Source: Iphione sp. A-MEVVRFRX5
Taxonomy: Eukaryota
Assembly (NCBI GenBank): GCA_976226885.1
Contig: OZ320313.1
Span: forward strand, 165,726,001 to 165,790,000
Direction of reading: 5' to 3'
Length of the DNA: 64,000 nucleotides
In this document: positions 13,968 through 26,799 of the stretch, one piece after another
Layout: the number at the start of each line of letters is the position of its first letter
How positions within the stretch are numbered: the stretch's first letter is position 1
Translations under genes and position numbers: made by a program
The notes under the pieces: generated by a model
The model's input: only the letters and a program-made list of their open reading frames with translations
Told to the model about the DNA's origin: nothing
Databases searched by the model: none

Positions 13968-14510
13968 TGTCAATGTTCCTGAATCTGAGGGAAGTGGACA
14001 ATCTTCTAATCCCCAGGACATGGACATTGCTCCTAACTCAGGAATGCAAGCAATGTTCCTTATTCAGGGACAAAGGCAATGTTCTTAACCCAAGACTGTG
14101 GGCAATGCTCCGTACCCAGGCAGGTGGACAATATTATTTACTCAGAGACATGTGCAATGTTTCTAACTCAAGACTGTGGGTAATGTTCCTTACTCAGGGA
14201 TGCAAGCAATGTTCCCTATTCAGGGACAAAGGCAACGTTCCTAACTCAAGGATGTGGACAATGTTACTAACCCGGGAACAAAGGCAGTGTTCCTAACTCA
14301 AGGGATGTATACAATGTTCCTTACTCATGGAGGGCGCCAATGTTACTTATTCAAGAAAGTGTACAATGTTCCTAAATCAGGGACAAAGGCAATGTTCCTA
14401 ACTCAGGGAAGTGGGCACTGTTCCTTAATCAGGGACAAAGGAAATGTTCCTAACTCAGGGAAGTAGGCACTGTTCCTTAATCAGGCAGGTGGGCAACATT
14501 CCTTATTCGG
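13968..14510. repeat. Degenerate ~21-22-bp minisatellite (CAGGGACAAAGGCAATGTTCCTAACT-like)
   Basis: CAATGTTCCT and ACTCAGGGA recur throughout ~540 bp. Confidence 0.9.
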
Positions 14511-14580
14511 GGGGATGGGGAAAAATACCTTACTTGGGGGTGGGGACTACCAAGTTGACCACAAGATATGGTAAATAGGA

Positions 14581-14667
14581 CTTGGTCACCTGGCACCACC
14601 AGGCGGCTCCTGGCTCCGGCCTTACCTGGAGGGGGCATCTCGATGCCTGAAAGTGGTCGCCGTCAAT
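14581..14667 (-). pseudogene. Decayed copy of proprotein convertase (PC1/3-like) prodomain exon 2
   Basis: Minus strand reads cag|ATT GAC GGC GAC CAC T TTC AGG CAT CGA GAT GCC CCC TCC AGG TAA GGC CGG AGC = I-D-G-D-H-(frameshift)-F-R-H-R-D-A-P-S-R-*-G-R-S. Compare human PC1/3 [22 protein letters not shown]. Strand, order and phase 0 are correct relative to exon 1. Confidence 0.55.
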
Positions 14668-17073
14668 CTGTGATGGACCACAGGCTGCATAATAGAGACC
14701 ACCTAGCAGGCATGCATCAAACAAATGGACTAAGGAGGCCCTATGGCTTCTGTACACACACCTGTCCGTGAATGGGAGGCTGGTCTGTGTCATCATGAAA
14801 AAAAATTGGAAGCCCTGTCACATATGTATACATGTACATATATCGAAGCTGTGAATTGATGGCAGGTAAGTCTGAGTTCATCATAACTGAAATTAACTCT
14901 GTGTAGGAAAGGCTGTACACTGATGGAAAATCAAGTCCGTGCAAAACAAAAAACTGATCCTTGATGGAGAATACACCTGTGCCGTACTTTGTGAGACTGC
15001 GGACCTGTTTATTCTGGTACAATTCAGAAATCAGAGAACTCTGTCCATAATTAGACCACCCTCACAGTTCTATGTCTAATTGACCTATCGCCGAGACGCG
15101 GATCTAGAAATACGCAGACTAAAGTCGGAAACGTTGTGAATGTTTCCCGTATCTGTAAATCGCCTATTGGCTGTTATTTTCATAAGGCAGAAAGATTCAT
15201 TTTATACGCGGTTCCGTTGAATTATCTTTAGAAAGAGGGATATTTTCATTTCCATGGCCGTTTTGCTTTCTCTCTGTGTGCAGAAAGAATAGCTGAATGG
15301 CAGGGGGATAGCTTTTAAAAGGATTGCATTAATACATACGAGAAAGAAAGAGTATGCCACTTCTAATTTCTGAAAACCAATATATCTTTCCACAAAGGTC
15401 ACTTAAAAAACGCTACGTCGGTTGTAGTAGTGACAAAACGTCTGCAATATAGAAGGAATTACGATGATACGAGTCGCATTTAAAATAGTTCTATCAGGTA
15501 AAAGGCCCAGACATCCTTTCCCTCTTTGAATAAAGCAGGTCTGAGAAGGCGACATTTGAAGTATGTCTTTCTCAGATCGCAATATCGGATGATATCCACA
15601 ACGCCCTCCCTTTGATTCAATGAACAAAACTTCGTCAAGTCTCGCGCTTTCTCGCTGCCCGTCCTTCAGTCGACCCATTCATCACGTCAAGTTGCTACAG
15701 CGTCCTGTCCGCGTCCGTCAGGGGGTAGTCTGGTCACGTGCCAGTCTCCTTTTGGCGGCGACCGGAAGCGGCGGGCAAACACGTAGGGTGTTGATCTTTC
15801 ATTTGGTTCGCCTTCCTCCCGTCAGGAGTCGCATGGCGGGGAGCGGGCGATAATAGGGGGAGGGCAGGCCATTCCACACCTCCCGGGTGACCGCTGATCA
15901 TCACATCAAGGTGTGTTAGGTCCGCAATGGAGGCATATGTACATGCTCCCTGCGTTCGTATGAATAATACACAGGAGAAAAGCTTCCAATATGGACACTT
16001 GAGGGACAGCCGTGCTGAGACTGTCCAGAATGAAAAAAAGGTCGAGCTTCAAAGATGAATGGGTTGATAACCATTATATGTCATTACGATGTAAAATTAC
16101 GCTTACATTTGTGGTAAAATTTGTCATTTACATCGCAAGTTCATGGAAAAACTTTACAGGGCTGTAACTTCTCTGTAAATTAAGCTAGAAAGACAAGCTC
16201 ATATTCTTCTTTAGAACCTCAGTTTTCATTTGGTAGAGATTTTATCGAAATCTAACTAATAGAAGTTAGTCATTTGGGCTTGGAAAGATACCTCCTGTCT
16301 TCATTTTTGTACAGGCAGCATGTGGGCTGTCATAGCCTGATCTGTGGCAGTCCTAGGTTATCCAGCCATTAAAATGATTGTTGTGGCATTATTCCAGGCT
16401 GTATAAGGCAAAAAGGCCATCGGCTTATTGAATGAACACAGATTAGAGAGGTAGCTATAGAAAGCTTACCTTATAGGAGAGGTATCCTCCTTAGAAACGT
16501 AGTTCAGATAGAGGGAAGAAATTATATACACTATAAGATGATGATGATAATGAGACCGATCTCGACGTGACATTCTATTTGGTTTGTTATAACATATTAC
16601 ATATTAATATGTATATGTACTTGCGTTATAATATATCACACGAAAAAAGACTATTTGGTAGCAGATATTGAGGAATAAGTCCTAAATGACAAATAAAGCA
16701 TGTTTGCATGGATATGACTTACCCTATGTATTCCATTGTCTTCATTTCGTACTCAACCAACTCCGTAGATATAGGTTCCAATTTGTTTCGTACTGACATA
16801 TTTCTATAACGTTTACATAGTTGCTAGCATTTGAAAGGATTTCCCATAGTATTTCTCTGAAAGATCTTATTATAATTTCAAAAATCACAAGACAACATAC
16901 TTTCTAGCTGATATTTATTCATCATTTTATTTTATAATAGTTGTACATTCCTTATTTATTGGATAATCTGTAAACATTCACGAAACACACCGCAAGACGT
17001 TGTTGTGCGGACAACGCGCCGTCTCCAACATACGCATACGTCACAATGACATAGGCCTGCTACGCGCGCAATA

Positions 17074-17088
17074 CACCAGATGGCGTCC
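17074..17088 (+). promoter_or_regulatory. CTCF-like motif
   Basis: CACCAGATGGCGTCC resembles the CCACCAGRKGGCGC consensus; motif match only. Confidence 0.3.
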
Positions 17089-19669
17089 CAATAGGGTTAC
17101 ATGTACTTCAGCACTGAACCAGTGAGCAGCAAATAAAGGTTGTAGCATTCTTTAATGCCTGTGTCACACGTTATTTTTTGTGAAATGTGACAGGTTGGCC
17201 AACCCTGCCCACATGTCCTTGTTCCATTCTGTGGCATGTTTATAACGAATATATTTTGATCTCACAGACCTGCTAGAACTGTGTAATAGCCAAACATCAA
17301 CCCAGTTCCACGGCCAGTTCCAAAGCTGTAGATAGTGTGTTGAGAGTGTATTCACGATGTATGCATCTGATATCACAAAGCATTCGCAGCCGCGCCTCAG
17401 GTCTGATATCAAAGAAGACTCTCCTCGACGGGTAAGCTGAGGTATACCATGTTCGTGCAATAGTTCTAGAGATTGGCATGGAGAAACAACGCTAGCCTTA
17501 TGACTATCTGACAGGCCAATATCTTGCCTTGTGTGAGTACATAAATTAGTCAAGTACATGTACAGCAGTAGAGCCATACTCTCTAGGGTGTTGACACACT
17601 TCAAGCATACAATGTATGGTATATTTGGTCTCTTCTGTGAAGCAATATGGCTCAAGTCAGACAGAAAAACTTGGTCTCTTGCCTGAAATGGTCTCCCCTG
17701 CAAGGTGGTCTCCCCTGACCAATGTTGGTCCCTCCCCTGGTTTGGTCTCCCCTGGTTTGGTCTGTGAAATGGTCATTAACCAAGTCTCCACTGTACAATC
17801 AACACTCGTGGAGGTGACCACTTGGGCGACTTGAGGACTTTGGTGAGGGGATGATCATAGCGACTATACATCCTTTCTCCCTCTCTCTCTCACCTAAGTC
17901 AAAGGAATTATTATTCCTTAGATACATGGCTGTTTTTCAGCTGAATTTGCATGAATTTTGCCATTGTTTTGCTGAATATGCATGCATTTGGCGGCAGCAT
18001 TTGCATGAATTTCACTGGGTTTTTAGCCAACTTTCACACCGAAAGTGTGAGACATAATAGTCACAACTCTGGTCACGCCTTATACAATGAATGTCCCTTG
18101 AAAACTGCCCAATGGTCAATCCCCGAGGGTGATAAGTGATAGCTTGGTACTAAATATTGTGGTCGCCCCAAAGAGTTGGTTGTCCCCGATGGTTGGTTGC
18201 TGCCTGTGAGTGTGCAGCATATGATAAAAGTACTAGCAAAAGTCCCATTCTGACTAAAATTGGTCTCTCCTGTGAGTTCGTCCCCCCTGGAAGTTGGTCA
18301 CTATCTGAGGTTCAGATGTCTTCTGCACGATGTTTGCAAATGAAACCATGTAGTAGGGGACCTTATGCATGCACATGAGTGCGGTTTCGTTTTTACAATG
18401 GACATCCAGGATCTACACAACCAATAAAATCTACTCCAAGTCTCTGACAGAACGAGTGCACAAAGCCTTCGCTCCACCTCTGCGTGCGGAGTATACTCTC
18501 AGGAGATTCCAAGTTTTGTATGGTAAGAATAATGCGAGTTTTATTATTAATCCACTCCTTGTGCTTCCATTTGTATGAAACAACAAACAGACAATTGTAT
18601 CGTAGAAACAGAACTACTTTATAGATAATCTCGTATGCTCTGCAGTCCTGTTTTTGTTAGTAAGTACCGGTTGCGTAGCAACGAAGGTGTGGTCTCCTTA
18701 ACAGTTAAAAAAGTTCAAAGTACGGGCGGGTTTTAATGGTCCATATCATTATAGTGAAAATCTAGGCATGCACTTCCATTACATAATCACCAACAAGTAG
18801 AAATAGTTGCAGCTGTGTCATTAATTAGATTATATATGCTGGGGTAACCTATAGAAAAATCTCCGACATTCAAAATTGTTTCTAAAGATATTTTTATTCC
18901 TTTTTTTAGAGAGAGAACCATCTACTAAATGAATGTGTGGCAGATGCGTGTCCACGTACATCTTGTCTTTGGACAGCGGTTTAACATTGAAGCTTTAAAA
19001 CCTTCGCATTATTTTCAAAATCTAAATATTCTTAGTAGCAAATGTCCTCCATAGTATCAGGCTAAACATGTCGTAGCTAGCTCCTGACACAGCTGTCAAG
19101 CTTAATTTGGAGCTTCAGCTGTGAGGGGTTGTGTAAAATAATGACCGTTTTCTCGGAGCTAGCAGTGCTTTTTCTTCTGTAATAACATATTGCGTTGTCT
19201 TGCTCAACTTTCACTTCACAGTTTTCGACGAATGACTCGCACGTTGACATATTCCTTGCGTTCCTTTCGTGTACATCCTGCCACGAAAGTTGACCTTTAA
19301 ATACCCTGTCTCTCTATAAGATTACATGTATATGTAACTTGCCTTGCCAGTCAACCAGTGATGTTTCCTTACTAACATTATGGTAGAATACGGTGGACTA
19401 GCTTCTGTGAGGTCCTTCAAAACCTCCTCTGATTCATGTCCGTGCGAAATGTAAATTTTTGACAAATCCATAATGCTGACAATGGATTCTGGGCAAATTC
19501 TGGATAAATTCTGGTCAGAGCTGAATATTTATCTGACATGTATAGAGCCAAAAAGAAATAGGCGTGTTTCTGTTTACGACCATCCAAAAAAAATGAGGTA
19601 CGGAGGGGGTACTGTTTTTTGTTTGTAAATTTTTCCACTTTCTTCCTTCAATAATAAAGACAATGTAAA

Positions 19670-19890
19670 GAATTTTGACCAATTTACATGAGTTTACACC
19701 AGTTGTTTTTGCTGAATTTCCATGAATTTTCTTGTTTTTCTACTGAATTTTCCAAAGCATGTGCTGTGAAAACATATATCTAAGGAAATTCAGCCTTGGA
19801 AACTCTTTGGGGCCAAAAAAACTTTTAGGTAGGGTGAGGTTTTACTAGGGAGGGATGGATAACCAGAAACACATCTATTTTTGTGGGGCC
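19670..19890. mobile_element. Fragment of a dispersed repeat; inverted homologue at 30985-31215
   Basis: ATATCTAAGGAAATTCAGCCTTGGAAACTC...TAGGTAGGGTGAGGTTTTACTAGG matches the reverse complement of CCTAGTAAAACCCCACCCTACCTA...GAGTTTCCAAGTCTGAATTTCCTTAGATAT at ~31023-31098. Confidence 0.75.
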
Positions 19891-20733
19891 TTGCCTAATG
19901 CAATCTAGATAATCCAAATCCTCAGATAATTCGGACACTCGCCTGTTAACACCACCTTTCATTCTACACCTATTTTAAAATCATCACTACGGAATGTCTC
20001 AAAATCAATGCGAAGTAGGTTTTTTTTCGGACCCACATCTTCTTCATTTCACGAATGTACCGTTTACTTCAGAAAGGCAGTAAGTGCAACCATCAGGTCA
20101 TAAGATGACGCATAGAATACACTGCCACTGGGCAGTTCTCCCTTGGATCCCTCTCGTGCAGAGAGACAAGGGAGGGCTGGGCGAGAGGGATTTTGATTCC
20201 ACACTTGCCCGCTGCAGCAGCTAGGGCAGCACCTGAGGCCCGACACCGAGATCCTTCATGTGGTTATTACCGACGTGAAGGTCACCTTGGGGTGATAGAG
20301 GCCGAACGTAAATAATATCGAACAGTATATGTTCTAGAAATATCCCCCTCGGACTTTCCAAAGAGTCTCCGGGTGCTTTTCTTCGTAAGCTTGCCGGTGT
20401 GGCGTCATTGGGAAAGGTGCTCGTATATATATATATATATATATATTTAGACTATTCCGGACAGGGTGTTAGCCTGAATTCCCATGTATGACGGGGTCTT
20501 ACCTGTGCTCCTGCTCTTATACTAAAAAGGCTTTTATTTCATTGATTTGATTTTTACCCCCCAACAAAGAAATAGCGAAATCTGCTGATTTTTTTGTTTT
20601 TTTTTCAGGAGAAACATAGGCATGGAACATGGACACGTGAATATTAGGGCTTGGATGTTAATGACACTTTTATTGTATGCATATTCATGTACAAACATAG
20701 CTTGGAGGAACATCATTGGTGATGACGTTGATT

Positions 20734-21090
20734 GCGGAGTTTGCTCAGGTGGGTAGAGTGCTGACTAGCAGGAGTTCAAGAGTTCAAGACCACTGGTCTA
20801 TTGACTGAGAGGTTGCAGGTTCAATCCTAGACCCAATACTCTTGATCATGCCCAGATGGATTAATTTACTGTTGCCCCAACCCAGAGTGGCCTACAACTT
20901 GTAGAAAAGCGCATGGTTAGACAGGATTCTGTTCCCTGCGTACAAAAGGACCCCAGAAACCTATTCAAAATATGAGAAGGGGACAATTAGTTCTCAGTAA
21001 TGGCTGGTAGTATGCTCCTCCGGGAGGATATGGAAGAACAGCATAAATGTAGCTGAACATCGAGTTCCTGGTTAAATATACAATAAAATG
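20734..21090 (+). mobile_element. tRNA-derived SINE, copy B (extra/chimeric head)
   Basis: Body collinear with copies A and C; A-box-like TTGCTCAGGTGGGTAGAGTG and two B-box-like motifs. Confidence 0.85.
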
Positions 21091-23115
21091 AGCAATAACT
21101 AGTAATCAGACAAACGACTATCAAATTCATCTACTATTTTTGTTTGCATACATATAATATAGTAAAAATGAATGGAATCTCGGCAAAGTTTAAAGATAAT
21201 AATGTGCCTGCCAGAAAAAAGTTTCTCTTTTGGAATATTTACCTGGAATCATGTTGATTATGCCACAGTTGCTCGGGAGGAGAAACACTGCACGTATCAT
21301 AAGAGAGTTAATGCGTGTTGCGCTGTCATATAAGATACATATTCTTATTATGGCGCCGCACCACGCATTACGACCACTGCACTGACTACCTCGCCCCTCT
21401 CTGCCCACGTTCTCCCTCAGGTGTATATCGTCCATTCCTAACACTTACTCCGCTGCACCCTACTCCTCATACCTTTGGCCCTCTCGTAAACTGTAGTATC
21501 CAAGTCAAATGTTTTCAGCATATCCTTCTGTTTCCACCTGAAGCGCAGAATATGTGGCGAAAGTTGTGTTGTTGTTTACAAAAGCGAGATTCATTCAATG
21601 AACACAAAAATACAACTTTTTCCTCATATCCTAGCATCCAAACAAATGCATGCTATGGTTTTAAAAGAAGTGAATTCACTTTTGGCTACTAAAATTTCTA
21701 CAGTTAGCACATTTCAGAAACCGAGCCGAATATAACAAGTACTCTGAAGCTTTTCAAATCAGTTTTGTTTCTACCTGTACCTGTACATATCAAATATGAT
21801 ATCATATGCCTTTAGTCATATGTATGTTTCACGTTCTAGCCTTTCCTTGTTAATTTCTTCCTCCCGTATACCTCCCATTGAATAGTCTTGTTTAAAAAAG
21901 TCTGTTTCAGGCAACCCGATCGACTTAATTTTTTGGTCTTAATGGCACCTTTTAATTGTTTATTGTTTTCTGAATATCTTGGTTCTAAATAAAGCCACAG
22001 ATTCCTACAATACGTCATCTTCTTTCTGAGATCCTTAGCATTCACATGATATAAGTTCCATTAAGATCCAAGTGCTACTTTTAAGCATAGAAACATACAA
22101 TGATTGTTTTCAGGTTCCATTCACAATGATACCAAAAAAAACAAACAAGGTGCAAATAAAACAAACCCACGTACTTACACTATATTTTTCTGTATGTTAC
22201 TATAAAAACAGATGTTTTTAGGCCTTATCTTCCTTTTTTCTTTATAATCAGCTAGTTTCTATATATATATATATATCCAATAATCTACGTTAGTCCTTAA
22301 CAGGTTGTCTCTGTTCGACAACCGCGTGTTTTTTGCCCCGAGCAACTTTCTTCTGCTTCTCCATTCTCACGACATTGTCCATTCTATCACGTTGATGTGA
22401 CCCTCCCCCCCTCCGCTAGAGGCCAAGTCATGAATGAGTGCGTATACAGATGATACGGCGTGTGTATACACGTATTGTTGCCGAATACCAGCCTCGGTAG
22501 TCCATGCATGAGGCGTGTTACGTTCAACGGTCCGTGGGGAATTAAATTTATCGTCAACTGATCAAATATTAATGATGTACTCTAAGTATGTTGATAAACT
22601 CCAAGTATGTTGTGAAATTGCTATATGCGGGTATAACGGTATCCTGTGAGCCGTGAAAAAGTTAAATAATTTTAAATCATAGTCATTAGTTCAGAATATA
22701 TACGTTATAGGGCGTATGGATTGCATCCTCGACTAGCATCTTTAGTCCTCTAACATACAAACCTGCTGAGTTGTAAGACGTGCAGGGAAAGTAGGCATTT
22801 CCTCAGGTAGACAGGTCAAACGGCGGGGGGCCACGCGTGAAGTGGCCTGGGGCCTTCTGCACCTGTGCAAAAGGAGGGGGTTCGCGATACGGTGCTCGAG
22901 GCGGAACGATCTGCCGCCTGAGCCAATACCGAACTGTCACTCGAGCTTGTAGAAGTCCGCCTGTACAAATGTGTTCCTTAAATGGAGCCAGCAGGGGAGG
23001 TCCATCAACGTGTCATGTGGCATTAAACCTGACGTGAAGAGATTGTATTGTAGGCATATTCTACATTCATCAATCGGTTATATATGTGCTGTTGGTACAG
23101 CGGGCTACAGCTAGC

Positions 23116-23415
23116 TGCCACTGGCATTGGAATCCACGTAAAACGCATCAACTAACGTGGTAATTTTAGTCTTTGAAAGGCGCATTATTTCCAATATTAT
23201 GGATTAAAAAATATACCAGATTTATCTAACAGATGCCAGTAGAGGTACCTCCATTTCACTTAGCTGTTGGGACAGTGGCTTTGGCTACCACTGGCATTGC
23301 AATCCATACTATAATGTATTAACTGCCGGGTGCTTTAGTCTTTGAGTATCACATTTCTGATTTTATGTTTGAAAAAAAAATCGACATAATTATCTTACAG
23401 ATGCCAGTTACAGTC
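23116..23415. repeat. Diverged ~170-bp direct duplication
   Basis: CCACTGGCATTG(G/C)AATCCA at 23118 and 23288, with TTTAGTCTTTGA and ACAGATGCCAGT in both copies. Confidence 0.75.
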
Positions 23416-25702
23416 TACCTCCAGTAACATTTCTTTTCCTGGAAAAAATCTTTATTAATTAGATGGCGCGTCAACTTTTATTTAATTAAAGGTGTAGGAT
23501 GATCCGAGAAAGGTGAATATTTTTTGTAAAAAAAAAACTGAGGGCGGGAATGGCTGGTTAAAAGTTCCATCGGGTGTAGAGTAAGATTTTTTTAGAACGG
23601 ATGCCTGTGTCGCGCGACGGATATCCGGGATTCAGCGGATGAGAGACGCCCAAGCGCACCTGATATGTACCCTGATCGGAATATCAAGGTTTAGGGAGAC
23701 TATTTATCGGGACGTCAGTGAGGGGATATTGGCATAGAGACGAGGTAAAATGAACCCTAATGGCTGCACGAGGAGTAGCGGCAGAACCTGTTCCGACTAT
23801 TAATCATCTCCCGAAACAGTTCAATATTCTATCATTTCTCTTTCTGTATTCGATGTCGGTCCCATTAGGGTACTTATGAAAGTGTCTCTTACTCCGCTTG
23901 GGTCAATTAAATTCTCTCTTACCGTTTTATACCATTCAGAAATGTGTGCACCTTTTTTTCTGTGCTCCAGTAGTTTACTTTTACTAATACGTTTTATTTG
24001 TTCATTAGGACAGAATAAAACACTCTTGGGAGTCGTCGAGGTTGTTTTTGATCTGAACTGCAATCTATGCGAATGAATACAGACAGCGATATGGTCCGTG
24101 CTGTTTTTTTAAAATTCGAAATGATTTATATTAGCCTTCTGTTTTTTAGTTGTTTCTTTTGGATCCATGCAAGGTATGTTGGTCATTTCAAACTCCATGT
24201 GTTATTACAACAACACGTAGGGGTGTCCCTTGGCAGACCAGGCAGCCTACCACTGCCGCTTGGCATCCATTTTTAATAGCTACTGCCTTTCAGCTTATGA
24301 CAACATGTTACCACTACATCACGGAAAGGTACACATGCAAATTGTAGTTTTTAAACTACGTTCTTCATACTGTAATCATAAATATTAATACAAAAAATCA
24401 TGCCCCTTTTGTACTGAAATGGTTCTTTTCCTTTCTTTTATAGAATTAATAATTTTGAAATTATGCCTTTGATACAATCTATTCGTCTCTGTGTCATGAT
24501 CTGGTGAATATTTCATAACCCAGCGGCGACTTAAACACTGTAGCATATTGATTAAAGGTAAAATTATCTGACAGAGACTCTCCTTTTTTATGCATGAAGT
24601 ATGTATCGTACAGACCAAATACGTCTGACATTCAATAACACACGCTGTGGCCGCGCCTGACACATGAGGAGAAGGCCGGTAAAACGATGCCGACACTGTG
24701 CTGATTGCGAGCTGCCGTGGAACACGCAAACTGTCGGCCTCAAGTTACGTTACACCGGCCCTGATCCCAGGGCCAGCGCATACTTCTGTGTCAGTATGTA
24801 AAGTCACATACTCACACCAGCGAGGGGGTGGGGGGGGTGCGGTTGGGGAGGGGGAGGGGAGAATAAACTCTTTGAGAGTGGTGTATGGAGATATTTGATA
24901 AACAGTATCAATTAGCATGACAACAACGTTGTCACCGGTCTAGAGTCAGACCACACTTCTGTGTATGTATCTACAGAGGCACAACCTTTTCATGGTGAAT
25001 AAAATCTCGTGTTGTAGATGATTTGATAAACGGGGGCCCACTACATTGCATGGTTCTTCGTTGTTTAATCCCAGGCTGTCCCCGACTTGATATCAGTGTA
25101 TATAATATTCATGTTTCTCTGAGAATGGAGGCGAATAAAAAGTCTGATCGTTTGATAAGCACGTCTATAATTCCTTGGTGAATAACATATAGATAACAAA
25201 TGGAACCAGACCACACGATGTGCATGCATGTATTCCGAGCATAAAACTGCATTGTAAAACAAACTTTCAGCTTTGCCACTGACTTATCCGTAGACGAGAA
25301 ACTATTGTTGTGCTATTGTATGTTTTCATACATTTATTCCGGGGGGGCATTCACATTTCCGGTTCAGTTATTTTCGTTTTGATAAAGAGGGACGTTTTAC
25401 TTGAGAGATTCTTTATTGTTTTTGAAACGCTGGCTCAGTCATACAGACAAAATTAAATCATCCTTGGGCAAATAATTAAAACCCCACATTAGCAAGATAA
25501 ATAGCACAATAGAAGAGCAATACCAATCTCCGTATTCTTTAAAAGGTTTCAGAACTCTTTTATTTTTATTGCAGGGGACATCTCTTGGTATTTTGATTAA
25601 TAAATTCAACTTCAGTAACCCCACTGAAGATCGGTAGCTGTTAACGATGGACAAGAAAGAGCAATGTTGGCCTGCAGCCACAGCACACATGAGTGGGGTG
25701 TT

Positions 25703-26030
25703 GAGCCCCTACCTTGTATGGCTTGGGCCCCGGCCGTCGGTAAGTGCATCTTCCTGTCAGTCACAGTGGTATGGGGAGCAACCCCCATGGCGGTACACTG
25801 CTAGGCCCAGCAAGTTGTCCCAGATGTCCTTCACCAACAGCTACCTGCCCTCTCTTCAGAGAGAAGCAAGGTAGGCCAACAGCCATGGCACACATAAGTA
25901 GGGCGTGGAGCCCAAACCTTGTGTGCCTTGGGTTCCAGCCTTTGGTAAACACACCTAACTGTTAGCGGCAGTGGCATGGGATGCAAAGCCCATGGCGGCA
26001 CACTGCCCGGCCCCGACAAATTGCTGTCTT
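25703..26030. repeat. Diverged ~205-bp direct duplication, GC-rich
   Basis: GAGCCC..ACCTTGT.TG.CTTGGG...CAGTGG.ATGGG...CCCATGGCGG.ACACTGC occurs from 25703 and again from 25908. Confidence 0.7.
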
Positions 26031-26635
26031 GTTGTCAAATGCCTTGCAAGAGTTAATGTCATGCATAACTGGGGCACACAACCCCTAGTCTGTGTGGTTT
26101 GGAACCCATCCCATGTTAGCACACCTATCCCATCTGGGCCCAGTGTCATGTGGAACCCTTCATTCCTCAAGCACTGGCAGACCCAAACTGGCCAAAGCTT
26201 GGACGGTAGTTGGTGTCCGAACCCCCCCTCATAGCCTTGAGGCTGCCCAAAACAGGGGAGACAGCATGCATAGTCGGTGGTGGAGTCCCTAACTTGCGTG
26301 GCTTAGGGATACCCCCATGGCAGCACACCACCTCGGCTGCAGACACTTGGGGCAAAGACCCCATGGCAACACCCTGTAGTGACTGCACCCAATACCCTCC
26401 ACCCAAGACAACAGCTATCCTCACCGCAGCTCTGCAGCATCTGATGAATGAGTGACACACTACAATTACACATGTAGACTGAAGAAACTCCAACTCATAA
26501 TTGGGCTGCCTCACCAGGGAAGCCCCAGCCACAAATTGGCTTAATAGAACCGAAACCAAACCGAACGCCACTGAATTAATTTCTAAAAATGTAGTCCTGG
26601 TCTATCACTCCCCTGCTCTCCGCTGTCAAAATGAT

Positions 26636-26799
26636 TACTGTAGAATCCCTATTTCTGACTGCCTCTTTTTCCGCCCAAATTCAATTTCAGACCGTTTTAT
26701 CTGGGAATAGAAGTGGGACCTCAATTTCTGACTAAATTTACCAATGTAACAATTTTTGGTCAGACCCAAGTGATGGTCAAAAATAAAGGTTCCACTGCA
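26636..26799. mobile_element. TA-type MITE; inverted homologue of 56863-57045
   Basis: TACTGTAGAATCCCTATTTCTGAC ... AAAGGTTCCACTGCA; the TTTTCCG.CCAAAT.CAATTTC core is shared with the reverse complement of 56990-57045. Confidence 0.7.

Noticed and set aside
15111-15136. Hammerhead-like AGACTAAAGTCGGAAACGTTG
   Set aside because: CUGANGA core is absent; at best a dead relic.
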